A DNA stretch of 64,000 nucleotides, from NCBI GenBank assembly GCA_035289385.1, contig DATDXI010000066.1:1548-65547 (forward strand), given 5' to 3'. Position numbers and translations under genes: made by a program. The stretch is from Candidatus Nanoarchaeia archaeon. Its GTDB lineage: Archaea > Nanobdellota > Nanobdellia > Woesearchaeales > GW2011-AR9. The stretch's first letter is position 1. Every line of letters starts with the position of its first letter. The notes under the pieces were generated by a model. That model had not been told where the DNA came from, did no database searches, and worked only from the letters and a program-made list of their open reading frames with translations. Below, in pieces: positions 18,331 through 27,626 of the stretch.

Positions 18331-19398
18331 ATGAAAAAAGTTAATCCAAAAGTATTCTCAAAATCCCGGACAGATTTAGCTGGAGATATATTGTGTAATT
18401 CCCAGAGTTCAGAAGAGGAAAAAGATGAGGCTTTAGAGATATTGAGCAACTGGAGAGGTGCACATAGCTATCCCCTGCATGTTTTTAAACAGCGATTAAA
18501 AAATGTTTCTGAAAAAATAGATCCCTCTGCATTATCAGCACAGCGACTAAAACGTGTCCCTTCTATTATAAAGAAGCTTAACCGGGAATATGGCGGTAAA
18601 AAAGCCACGATGAAATTAACTCAAATGCAAGATATTGCTGGATGTAGGGCCGTTATGTCTAATGTATCATTGGCAAAAAAACTATATTTAGATCATTACA
18701 TAAAGGGTGATATAAAACATAAACGGGTAAATGAAAAAGATTATATCACTCATCCTAAGAAAGACGGGTATAGAAGTATTCATTTAATTTATAGATATCA
18801 TAGTGATAAAAAAGGAAGAATTAATTTCAATGGGTTATTGATTGAAGTCCAGATTAGATCTAAGTTGCAGCATATATGGGCTACAGCAATTGAAACTGTT
18901 GATTTTTTTACAAGACAAGCGATAAAATCAAATCAAGGTCAAGAAGATTGGGCAGATTTTTTTAGATTGGTAAGTTCTGCATTTGCTAAGTTTGAGGGGT
19001 GTCCAACAATACCAGAAACACCAACAGATGAAGAAGAACTCTACAAAATGATTAAGCAAAAAGAGATGGAGCTTCAGGTTAGAATAAAGATGAATCGTTG
19101 GGCAAAATCACTCAAGCTTTTTGATAATTTAAAAAATAAAAAGAATTTTCACTTTTTTCTATTGGAATTAGATACCATTCAAGAAAAACTAACTATCTCT
19201 GCATACTCCAAAAGACAAGAGCAAAAAGCTATCTTCGATTATGCAGCGGCTGAGAAAAAGATTTATGGCAGGGGAGAGTATGATGTTGTTCTAGTAGGTG
19301 CAGATACTGTTAAAGATTTGAAAAAAGCTTATCCCAATTACTTTCTTGATACTAAAGAATTCCTAATTAATCTTAATAAAGTTCTCAATAAACATTGA
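18331..19398 (+). CDS. RelA/SpoT-domain protein (small alarmone synthetase / toxSAS-like nucleotide pyrophosphokinase)
   Basis: Synthetase-domain signatures: MQDIAGCRAVMSNVSLAKKLY, KKDGYRSIHLIYRYHSD and LIEVQIRSKLQHIWATAIE, equivalent to the DIAG.R, GYRSLH and EVQIRT..QH.WA motifs of RelA/SpoT synthetase domains. The protein has about 155 extra C-terminal residues and no hydrolase domain. Confidence 0.75.
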   Translation: MKKVNPKVFSKSRTDLAGDILCNSQSSEEEKDEALEILSNWRGAHSYPLHVFKQRLKNVSEKIDPSALSAQRLKRVPSIIKKLNREYGGKKATMKLTQMQDIAGCRAVMSNVSLAKKLYLDHYIKGDIKHKRVNEKDYITHPKKDGYRSIHLIYRYHSDKKGRINFNGLLIEVQIRSKLQHIWATAIETVDFFTRQAIKSNQGQEDWADFFRLVSSAFAKFEGCPTIPETPTDEEELYKMIKQKEMELQVRIKMNRWAKSLKLFDNLKNKKNFHFFLLELDTIQEKLTISAYSKRQEQKAIFDYAAAEKKIYGRGEYDVVLVGADTVKDLKKAYPNYFLDTKEFLINLNKVLNKH

Positions 19399-19436
19399 GT
19401 TCTAATTATACTTATCTAATTAATCCCGTCGTAGAT

Positions 19437-20420
19437 TCATTTCCCAACTTTCAGCATCTCTTGATACGCCGGCATCCACGTTTCATAGATCATGATCAAG
19501 TGCTCGTAATTTCTTATGACGTGGGGAAAATGCATTCGGAGATCATTAATTATCTTGTTAAAATGCTGATAACTTTCTACGGCAAATTCAAATTCAACTT
19601 CCCAAGGGGCTAAGCTTCGGATGTAATAGAGGGAGTTAGGATGCCTTTTCATCCATTCAAATAATGCTCGTTCATCTTTCTCTGATAATGTCCTAAAATA
19701 AATAATAGCTTTAAAAAATTCTAATCCTAATTTATTTAAGTCAACTGCTATCCTATAGCTCAATATAATCTCTTTCTCCTCTAATTTTCTAATTCTTCCC
19801 CGAACTATCTCAATAGTTGAACTAACTTTTCGGGCTAATTCAGCAAGAGGAACTCTGGCATCATTGGCTAAGATGTTCAATATTTTAGAATCTACATCAT
19901 CTATAGTATTATGGACAACATCTCCTCCAAAAACAATATATTGGCCATCTTTTGAATCGGTGAAGAATTTTTTGGTATATTGTCTCGTATCTACCATCGT
20001 TCCAAGGATTTTACTTACAATAAGATGCTGCCATCTTGAAAGCAAATAATTTATTTTAGTGAAATAATCAGGTATATTTTTGGATAAAATAGCAAAAACA
20101 ACATCAAAAGCGCCGTCTGAAATCCCCATCCAATAAATGTCTGGATTTTTTTTTAGCTCTTCAAAGAACTTCTCTCGTTCTTCAGGAATATTTTCTAGCT
20201 TTAGATATACTTTAAACATGTAATATCCTAATTTGTTGGGGTTTATCGAGGTGATGAATTTCTCGATGATGCCTCTTTTTTGCAATTGTTGAATCCTATA
20301 TTTTACTGATTCTCGGGATTTATTTACTTTCTTGGCTAGGGCAATGTTGGAAATGCGGCAGTTCTTATCAAGTTCTGCCAATATTTTTCTATCCGTTAAA
20401 TCTAGGTTATATTTCTCCAT
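19437..20420 (-). CDS. Tandem-domain Lrp/AsnC-family transcriptional regulator, paralog of 16278-17231
   Basis: LTDRKILAELDKNCRISNIALAKKVNKSRESVKYRIQQLQKRGII plus RAM, then a second HTH DVDSKILNILANDARVPLAELARKVSSTIEIVRGRIRKLEEKEII plus RAM. Confidence 0.75.
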   Translation of the reverse strand: MEKYNLDLTDRKILAELDKNCRISNIALAKKVNKSRESVKYRIQQLQKRGIIEKFITSINPNKLGYYMFKVYLKLENIPEEREKFFEELKKNPDIYWMGISDGAFDVVFAILSKNIPDYFTKINYLLSRWQHLIVSKILGTMVDTRQYTKKFFTDSKDGQYIVFGGDVVHNTIDDVDSKILNILANDARVPLAELARKVSSTIEIVRGRIRKLEEKEIILSYRIAVDLNKLGLEFFKAIIYFRTLSEKDERALFEWMKRHPNSLYYIRSLAPWEVEFEFAVESYQHFNKIINDLRMHFPHVIRNYEHLIMIYETWMPAYQEMLKVGK

Positions 20421-20506
20421 TTTTGTCCAAAAGTTGTATTTTTATATAAATCTTTCTATAAAACGGTTAAAATTATAAAATAAGTTTATTATACTTGTAG
20501 TCACTA

Positions 20507-21904
20507 TTGGGTAGTATGAAAATTGATTTGATTCAGCCAAGACACAATTATGCACCCAAAGAAGGAATAGGGCATATCTATATGCCCACTTCTTTGTTAA
20601 CCGTAGGAGCAAGACTAGTCAATGCAGGAGTTGATGTCACATTTCATGATGAGAATATAACCCCTGCACAAATCTCCTCTGATTATGTTGGCTCTAATCT
20701 GTTGGGAGCGCCATATATTCCTGAAGTGATACAATTACAAGATCGGATTAGGAAGGAAGCTGGAGAAAAAACATTTTTTGTTGGTGGGCAAGTTGTTTCC
20801 GGATTAACTTCCGATCAATTGCAACGACTATTTGGAGATTCAACACATACGGGAAATGATGATTCTACATTAGCAAGAGTTCTGGGTATAGGTCAAAGAG
20901 CATTGGTTTCTCCAGAGAAAACTTCACTTATTCCTGCCTATGAACTGTTAGGAGATGCGGCAATGAAAGAATATCTTTCCAGAGAATTTTCTTTGTATGT
21001 TTCCCAAGGATGTGAAAAAGCCTGCAGTTTTTGCGGAGCGGACAGAACAACAAAAAATCCATTGACGGGGAAAACCAGGAAGGTCAGCGAGCGTTATAGA
21101 GATATTGGCATCATCCAGGATGATTTGAAGTATTTGGTAAATACGGCAGATTCATTTGGCATAGATCATTTAGATATGTATATGTCTAATTTAGATGTAT
21201 TCCAGACGCCTGGCCAATTGCTCCGATTCGCTTATGCTGTACAGGAAGTTCAGCAGGCTAATCCCAGTGTTAAGATCAATCTTCGTGGTTTAGCGACAGT
21301 GGAGCATTTCTTAAAAACGAGAAAAGGCATGCCAAAAAGTATTGAAGAGCTCGTCAAAGCCGGCTTCTATACTGTTGGCTTTGGTGTTGATGGCTGGGGC
21401 AAAGAGGAATGGGCTGCCTTGAGAAAAGGGCATAATACTGAAGAAGGCTGTTTGGAAGCAATCAGGTCTACAAGAGAGGATTTTGGCATCACTCCAGAAA
21501 TATTAATGGTATTTGGCAATCCCAGAACAACTAAAGAAAAGACCATCAGGGCAGCATTCGAAGTGACTGAAATGGTCGTTGAAGAGTATGGCGCAGTTCC
21601 AAGGCCGCATGTTTCTAAGGATTTTATTCCGGGAAATGAAGGCTGGATGGCTTTGGAATATGCTGCTGCCATAGAAGATTTACTGCAGCATCCGGAATCA
21701 TTTCAATCCCTTGATTTTACGGCGCTTCCTTCTCCGTCAACGCATCCTGATGAAACAGTGAGGGCATTAGCCACAGAATACTTTTTGAAGATGTGCGAAC
21801 TACCTGGGAACACAACGCTGCATGTCCAGCCAATAACTCCAGACATGACTCCTGAGCAAGTGGAAGCAGTGCGGCAATTTAACCAAGGAAGATATGACCG
21901 GTAG
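20507..21904 (+). CDS. Radical SAM protein with N-terminal B12-binding-like domain (class-B-like)
   Basis: The CX3CX2C motif SQGCEKACSFCGA lies about 170 aa into the protein. The N-terminal 150 aa are Rossmann-like. Confidence 0.65.
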   Translation: MGSMKIDLIQPRHNYAPKEGIGHIYMPTSLLTVGARLVNAGVDVTFHDENITPAQISSDYVGSNLLGAPYIPEVIQLQDRIRKEAGEKTFFVGGQVVSGLTSDQLQRLFGDSTHTGNDDSTLARVLGIGQRALVSPEKTSLIPAYELLGDAAMKEYLSREFSLYVSQGCEKACSFCGADRTTKNPLTGKTRKVSERYRDIGIIQDDLKYLVNTADSFGIDHLDMYMSNLDVFQTPGQLLRFAYAVQEVQQANPSVKINLRGLATVEHFLKTRKGMPKSIEELVKAGFYTVGFGVDGWGKEEWAALRKGHNTEEGCLEAIRSTREDFGITPEILMVFGNPRTTKEKTIRAAFEVTEMVVEEYGAVPRPHVSKDFIPGNEGWMALEYAAAIEDLLQHPESFQSLDFTALPSPSTHPDETVRALATEYFLKMCELPGNTTLHVQPITPDMTPEQVEAVRQFNQGRYDR

Positions 21905-22044
21905 TTTTCTTGCATCGAAAATGCTGTTACTGACATCTTTTTACTTTCTTGACCATTGATAATTCCCTGCGTAGCATATTATTTTTTGGAGAAGTTCCGT
22001 AGTTCAAGGTATGGAATTATTGAGGTAGATTTATAAGTTTCAGA

Positions 22045-22467
22045 TTGTTTCCTTTAGTCATGGAAAAAGAGATAAAATATCCTACTGTAGAGCAAATCAT
22101 AGAGTACAACGTCTTGGCTATTACATTGATAAAAGTAAAAAAAGCTGATTGTCCACAAGTCCTCAGCCATGCAAGGATAGAGCTCATTATTAAGAATTGT
22201 AAAGAGCTGGATGAAAATTTATATGATAAAGCAGTGTGCTTGTTGAAGGGAATAATTCAATTACACCCATTTGCGAGCGGAAACAGAAGAACGGCGTTTG
22301 TTGTTGCAAAGGAATTCTTGAAAGAAAACGGAGGAAAGTTTAATATAGACGATGACCCTAAACAAGCTAAGGTAATGTTAGGGATACGCGAAAAATATTA
22401 TACTGATAAGGAAATTAAGGAGTGGATTCAACATGGAAAAATCAAAGAGTTCAAAAGATTTGAATGA
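22045..22467 (+). CDS. Doc/Fic-family toxin-like protein
   Basis: The motif HPFASGNRRTAFVVAKEFL matches the Doc variant of the Fic motif (H.F.(D/N)(A/G)N(K/R)RTA). The 140-aa size is typical of Doc. Confidence 0.6.
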   Translation: MFPLVMEKEIKYPTVEQIIEYNVLAITLIKVKKADCPQVLSHARIELIIKNCKELDENLYDKAVCLLKGIIQLHPFASGNRRTAFVVAKEFLKENGGKFNIDDDPKQAKVMLGIREKYYTDKEIKEWIQHGKIKEFKRFE

Positions 22468-22717
22468 GAAACAAAAGTATAAGATTGTAGTAGAAGAAAT
22501 AAATAAGTTTAATGATCTTATCAAAGGGCATAGAAAAATTCTGGAAGCTATCGGTAGTTTGTAAATTATTTATCACTATAGGATTTTGATCTTTGCATCA
22601 CCCTGGTCGGTGCACAATCATCTTGTTGATCTATGTACTAAACTGTAAACTATTCCTGATGAACCATGTGTTTGTCTTTTAATGAGATGAGTAAATTTTT
22701 ATAATTTTGTTGTTCTT

Positions 22718-23173
22718 CTACTTCACATTCATAAACTCAAATTCAGAATAGCGATGAGGTTTAGCGATCTTATACCCTAATGCCAGCATCTTTGCTTCAT
22801 AGCCGTAAAATTTTCCTTCCTGAACTGCCGTGCAGCGTGGAGAAAGTTTCACTTCTTTTTTTTCTCGATCCAAGAAGATAGGATAATCCCCACAGACTTT
22901 TGGCCTGTTAGGATTCTTATAGATGGAACATTTCCAGTCTTTTAAAGAAGGGCAGGGCTTATCATGCTTTCCCATGAATAAGGAATATTGGTCATCTCCT
23001 ATTTTTGTCACTTCTGCCGTTTCTTTTCCTTTGGTGACTGCCTGGAGTTCAACTGTGTTTAGGGGAAGAAAGCCTTTATGGCAGCAAAGAGCATGGCATT
23101 CTTCATAGCAGAATCTGCTGATAGAATTTCTGGCTTCTGCGGTTAGTTTTATATCTTGATCTGCCTGGGACAT
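22718..23173 (-). CDS. YkgJ/UPF0153-like cysteine-cluster (CxxCxxxCC) protein
   Basis: CYEECHALCCHKGF and additional conserved Cys residues. A paralog sits at 47977-48624. Confidence 0.5.
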   Translation of the reverse strand: MSQADQDIKLTAEARNSISRFCYEECHALCCHKGFLPLNTVELQAVTKGKETAEVTKIGDDQYSLFMGKHDKPCPSLKDWKCSIYKNPNRPKVCGDYPIFLDREKKEVKLSPRCTAVQEGKFYGYEAKMLALGYKIAKPHRYSEFEFMNVK

Positions 23174-23263
23174 GATGATATACTCGCCCAGAGAAGAGTT
23201 AATAAACGTATCTGAAAGAAATGCCAGTATAGAAATCTATTTATAATCTAGCCAGCTTGAATA

Positions 23264-23818
23264 TTGAAGATGATTCTCTCTGATAGAACAATACAGGAAT
23301 TTATTGAAAGAGGAAAGATAAAAATCCTTCCTTCAGTAGATACAAAGAATATTCGGCCAACCGGCATTAGGCTGCATCTTGGTGATGAACTGTTGATTCC
23401 TTTACCTTCACAAACTATCGATCTCTCTGCTTCTCCTGAAATACAATACAACAAAATAAATATCCATAAAGAGTGGTATATCCTTCAACCGGGAGAATTT
23501 GTTCTAGGTACAACAAAAGAGAGCATTCATTTAGCAGAGGGCATTGTTGGAAAGCTTGATGGAAGAAGCACGTTTGCGAGACTGGGCTTACTGATCCATT
23601 GTTCATCTGATACTGTTGATGGGAACCATGAGCATCCCAGAGCCATCGTATTAGAAATGAAGAATATCGGGAATTTGAATCTCAAAGTGAAATCAGGTAT
23701 TCCCATCGCCATGATCCTCTTTCATACATTAACAGAACCAATCCAGCAAAAAAGCCAAGCGCAATATGCCCATCAGACGGGTGTTCAACCGGCAAATTTA
23801 AGTGGTCAACTCAAATAA
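23264..23818 (+). CDS. dcd: dCTP deaminase (dUTPase superfamily), housekeeping type
   Basis: MILSDRTIQEFIERGKIKILP ... VLGTTKESIHL ... GKLDGRSTFARLGLLIHCSSDTVD shows the dCTP deaminase/dUTPase fold motifs. Confidence 0.8.
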   Translation: MKMILSDRTIQEFIERGKIKILPSVDTKNIRPTGIRLHLGDELLIPLPSQTIDLSASPEIQYNKINIHKEWYILQPGEFVLGTTKESIHLAEGIVGKLDGRSTFARLGLLIHCSSDTVDGNHEHPRAIVLEMKNIGNLNLKVKSGIPIAMILFHTLTEPIQQKSQAQYAHQTGVQPANLSGQLK

Positions 23819-25040
23819 ATGCATCTCTTTTCAGATCCTTTTCATGAACATCCAACGCATAAAATACAAAGACATTGAACAGCTTCCTCAGTTTCTCGGT
23901 AAAGCCAATTTCAAACAGCACTTTCAAGGCTCTTCTCCTGCTCCGTTTATCGGCCGGTTTGGCTATCCTAAAGTGAATATCGGCTTTCTCTCTCCCCAAT
24001 TATCGGGAGATACATCCTATTACGATGCCCCCAAAGATTGGAGTCAACAAAACGCTTCCATCACCAATATCGCTTCCTTAAGATATGGCTTAGTTAATTC
24101 CAGAACGCAAAATAGCGTGAAAGATCTTTCCAACTCTAGCAGGTTTTTAGAGATCATCCAAGAAGTGGGCATGGCTTCAAAGCCAGTTGAATTAGAAGTC
24201 AGCTTGAACAAGGTGCCTCGGCTTGATGTAAAGATGGAAAAGGAAGTTGCTCCCTTTGGTCCTGCTTCAGGATTACAAAAAGCGAGAATTACGGCTAATG
24301 CCAAGGTAGATTCTCGTGTGGAGAGAGTTGTCTCTGATACGGACTTAAAAGCAGCTCCAGGAATCATTAGCTTATATCAAAAAGGATTTACGGAACATTT
24401 TCTGGCAAAATTGCTCTCTGTCGGCAATACAGGATTGAAGGAAAACCGAAAGTTAGTTCCGACGAGATGGTCAATAACAGCCGTTGATGATACGCTGGGG
24501 AAAACCATGATCAAGGAAATAAAAGATTATCCTCTTGGTGATTATCAAGCCTATTTTGGCGGATCATGGGGGAACTATTATCTTATCCTCTGTTTCCCTC
24601 AAGTTTGGGAATATGAATTGTTTGAGTCCTACGTTAACTATCAGATCAACCCTTGGAGCAAAAAAGGATATTTCTATTCTACGGACTATGAGAGTTATGA
24701 AGGAAGAAAAACATATGCTGAAGAGACGGCAGGGGGATATTATGCTAACCGTTTAGCCGTTGTAGAAAAATTGAAGGAGATCAAGCGCCAAAGTTCCGTT
24801 TTAACGCTACGTTTTATCACGTCCGAATATAACATTCCGTTGGGTGTATGGGTCTGTCGGGAAGCGAGCAGAAAATCGTTAGCAGAAAAGCCGCTCACGT
24901 TTTCTTCCCAAGAACTGATGCTGAGTTATGCTCAAGCCCTTATCCAGAAGAAGTTTGGCTTTGACCTTACCATATTATTGAAAGAATCAAAGCTGTTAAG
25001 GGAGAAGAAGGAACAGAAGAGGTTGGGAGAATATTGTTAA
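23802..25040 (+). CDS. Conserved hypothetical protein (possibly archaeal COG1602/Nre-like; family assignment unverified)
   Basis: Long ORF of 412 aa. The real start is probably M14 (MNIQRIKY...), overlapping the dcd stop. Confidence 0.45.
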   Translation: MVNSNKCISFQILFMNIQRIKYKDIEQLPQFLGKANFKQHFQGSSPAPFIGRFGYPKVNIGFLSPQLSGDTSYYDAPKDWSQQNASITNIASLRYGLVNSRTQNSVKDLSNSSRFLEIIQEVGMASKPVELEVSLNKVPRLDVKMEKEVAPFGPASGLQKARITANAKVDSRVERVVSDTDLKAAPGIISLYQKGFTEHFLAKLLSVGNTGLKENRKLVPTRWSITAVDDTLGKTMIKEIKDYPLGDYQAYFGGSWGNYYLILCFPQVWEYELFESYVNYQINPWSKKGYFYSTDYESYEGRKTYAEETAGGYYANRLAVVEKLKEIKRQSSVLTLRFITSEYNIPLGVWVCREASRKSLAEKPLTFSSQELMLSYAQALIQKKFGFDLTILLKESKLLREKKEQKRLGEYC

Positions 25041-25337
25041 GGATTTTCTAATGACTAAAATCCTTCTAAAACTTAAAATATCTAATCAGCGAATCGAATC
25101 ATGTTAGCAATTTTCATGGCCGGCAGTTACTATTTTTCCAGAATGAAGAAACTTTATATACTAAACTAGTTTATCACTTTTTGCTTTTATGGGGGTACCA
25201 TGGCAGCAGTGGGAGGTGGAGTTCAGATGAATATTGATAGGGAATTTGAGGATTTTGTGAGGAAGAATTATAAAAAACTTACTCAGGCTGAGCGAAAGAT
25301 TTGTGAGCAGTTAGGCTTAAGTGTTCCTTGTTAAGTG

Positions 25338-25652
25338 TTAATGGCTGTCATCGTGATCATGGTGTTGATCGTGATGGGCTTTGCTTTTTTCTTTTCCATC
25401 TTTTCTTTTAAAAATCCAGGCAGCGATGATGATAGCAGCTCCAAGAATAAGTGAAGGGATGATATAATTGCTGTCTTTAACGATAACTTGTTCAGGATAC
25501 TGATGGCATTCATTATCGCTGCCACAATAGCTATCGTCAGAGCAGTCTGCGTTTTTATTACATTCCCGTGAGGCAAGATTGACTAGAAATAATCCTAAGA
25601 GAATAATCACGAGGATGACGGCAATAAGCCCTATGCTTCCTTTTTTGTCCAT
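25338..25652 (-). CDS. Small membrane protein with Cys-rich ectodomain and His-rich tail
   Basis: TM helix (IGLIAVILVIILLGLFLVNL), then CNKNADCSDDSYCGSDNECH, a second TM helix, and a C-terminal HHDQHHDHDDSH. Confidence 0.45.
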   Translation of the reverse strand: MDKKGSIGLIAVILVIILLGLFLVNLASRECNKNADCSDDSYCGSDNECHQYPEQVIVKDSNYIIPSLILGAAIIIAAWIFKRKDGKEKSKAHHDQHHDHDDSH

Positions 25653-25781
25653 GAATTATGCTGGATAGGGGCTATTTTTAAATTTTCTGGAGTTTAAGCT
25701 CATTTATTGGTGCGGCTTACCTCTTAACTTAATACGCCCTAACCAGAAACATTTATATGTCCAAAGCTATTCATTCCAGGC

Positions 25782-26183
25782 ATGAAGAAGCTGTATGAGA
25801 TGTCCTGGTGGCAGAAGATCTTCAAAAAAGAGGTTAAGAAGAAAAGAGAGGATGCCTTAAGCAGTATTACTGCCGTCCGGGAATTCTTAGCTGAAGTGCC
25901 AGATCAGCTTAAAGCGATGAAGCCTTTACTCTTGCAGCTTGAGGAATTAGAAAAAGAGCGTCTTGTTGCCAAGCCCAGTATTGTTAAGCTGAATCTTGAA
26001 GCTCAAAGCGACGTCTTTGAGAAGTTGCTGGATAGGTATGAATTTTTCCAGGATGATGTGGATATCAATGGGTTAAGGATCAAGCAATTGTCTCGTGACT
26101 TTCTAGAGCATGCTAAGAAGGCTGGATTGAAAGAGCTCGTTCAGGAGAAACTTAAAACACAGAAATGGAAATGGGGATGGTAG
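25782..26183 (+). CDS. Hypothetical coiled-coil protein
   Basis: ORF only, 133 aa. Confidence 0.35.
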   Translation: MKKLYEMSWWQKIFKKEVKKKREDALSSITAVREFLAEVPDQLKAMKPLLLQLEELEKERLVAKPSIVKLNLEAQSDVFEKLLDRYEFFQDDVDINGLRIKQLSRDFLEHAKKAGLKELVQEKLKTQKWKWGW

Positions 26184-26205
26184 GAACATATTCTACCTTC
26201 ACATT

Positions 26206-26769
26206 CTACCCAATAAAAATCTTATGCTTATCTTTGCCTTCCAATTCTAGCAAGATTCTTTTAACGACAACCTGTTTGGGGTTGGGTAGTAATTTTACTC
26301 TGGTTTTCAAATCTTCAAAGCTCTCAAAGGGCTTCTCTTTTCTTGCTTCTAAGATTTCCCACATGTGCTTCTTCCCCAGTCCTGGAAGTAATTCTAGCTG
26401 GTGCATCCTCATAGTTAATGGCTGAGCTTTGTTAAAAAAATCGAGGAATCTCTGCTCATTCTTATCAATTTCGGTTTCCAAGGCATGGGGCAATTCGCTT
26501 CTAGCCGTAGAGGTCAGCTTATCTAAGGGTATCCTTCCTTTGATATGGTGGATCTCATCCCGCTTCCCTTCGCCGATATATACTTCAGCATATGGTTGAA
26601 GGTGCACTCCTTTCTTAGGAACCAATTCTAGCAGCGTGAGATGTGTTGTTCCTAAAGCTTGCGCTATCGACGTCTTCATGCTTCCCGTTTCAAAAGCATA
26701 GCCATGCTCTAAGTAATCGAGGATGATCGCTTGCTCTTCACGGACTTGCCTCTGCTGAAAGTGTTCCAT
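26206..26769 (-). CDS. COG1491/DUF655-type helix-hairpin-helix nucleic-acid-binding protein
   Basis: HhH motif LELLPGLGKKHMWEILEARKEKPFESFEDL. It sits in the position typical for this family next to rpoF and L21e in archaea. Confidence 0.55.
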   Translation of the reverse strand: MEHFQQRQVREEQAIILDYLEHGYAFETGSMKTSIAQALGTTHLTLLELVPKKGVHLQPYAEVYIGEGKRDEIHHIKGRIPLDKLTSTARSELPHALETEIDKNEQRFLDFFNKAQPLTMRMHQLELLPGLGKKHMWEILEARKEKPFESFEDLKTRVKLLPNPKQVVVKRILLELEGKDKHKIFIG

Positions 26770-26878
26770 TTTAGTGGATTAATAAGTTTAAGTTTATTAA
26801 GATTATGGTTGTTGAAGCGGAGAAGATTTGCTTTGGTGGAGAGAATTTGCTTTTGTGCTGTCTAAATCATAAAAAGAC

Positions 26879-27226
26879 TTAAGAAATTTTTGGCAAAGCA
26901 TCCATTACTTCTTGCAATCGTCGTTGATAATAATCGCTGCGAACGTGGCTGCCATAGGTGGTAATAACACTTAACGCGAGTGGAAGGTCTTGTCCTTTTA
27001 CCGCTAAGGCTGCGGCACTAACGATTAATGCTTGATAGAATTCGAGGTGACGCCGCTCAGGGGGATATGCTGCTAGGGCAGTTTTCTCCTTTTCCGCAGC
27101 TTGAGCATATAACTCTCGTGCAGCTCTGGGATTAGTATGAAGCTCTCGTTCTGCTCTCAGCGCTAAATCCTCGGATTCTTCATGATTCTTTCCCCATAAG
27201 CCCTGACTGTTTAATTGGCCAAACAT
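26879..27226 (-). CDS. Hypothetical protein
   Basis: ORF only, 115 aa. Confidence 0.35.
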   Translation of the reverse strand: MFGQLNSQGLWGKNHEESEDLALRAERELHTNPRAARELYAQAAEKEKTALAAYPPERRHLEFYQALIVSAAALAVKGQDLPLALSVITTYGSHVRSDYYQRRLQEVMDALPKIS

Positions 27227-27280
27227 AGTTCTTTCACCTCATCTTCATTCCTAACCTCGTAACAACCTCAGAAAAAAACG

Positions 27281-27625
27281 TTAAACAAAATCTTTAACTA
27301 CGCCTACAATTGCTTCCTGATCTTTCTTGGGCAAGCTTAAGGGGTATGCCTGTAAGACGATCTTTAAATCATTGGCAGTTGTGGGCAAGAAATTGATGAT
27401 ATTGGCGATATGCTCTCCTTTCAATCTTGTCAAGTCCAGAGCAACTAATTTTTTGTGTAAATCTTTCTGCTTGCTGGCAGATAAGGTTACAAATGCATCT
27501 AAGTATTCTTTTGCTTTGTTGGACAGAAAATTCATCTCTTTGTCACGCTGTTCGATATGTCCTATAGCTTCTTTTACTTCAACCAGCGATAACGTTTTCT
27601 CTTCAACGAATAGTGGATTTGCCAT
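27281..27625 (-). CDS. rpoF: DNA-directed RNA polymerase subunit F (Rpo4/Rpb4-like)
   Basis: Size, position immediately downstream of L21e, and the Rpb4-like HRDC pattern (LSLVEVKEAIGHIEQRDKEMNFLSNKAKEYLDAF). Confidence 0.65.
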   Translation of the reverse strand: MANPLFVEEKTLSLVEVKEAIGHIEQRDKEMNFLSNKAKEYLDAFVTLSASKQKDLHKKLVALDLTRLKGEHIANIINFLPTTANDLKIVLQAYPLSLPKKDQEAIVGVVKDFV

Positions 27626-27626
27626 A

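Noticed and set aside
20507-21904. Radical SAM protein as a prokaryotic viperin
   Set aside because: The protein is too long, has an N-terminal B12-like domain, and its Cys motif context does not match the viperin CNYKCGFC signature.
23264-23818. dCTP deaminase as an anti-phage nucleotide-depletion defence gene
   Set aside because: It is a short 184-aa housekeeping-type Dcd without the kinase or extra domains of the defensive dCTP deaminases. Its position in the island is probably coincidental.
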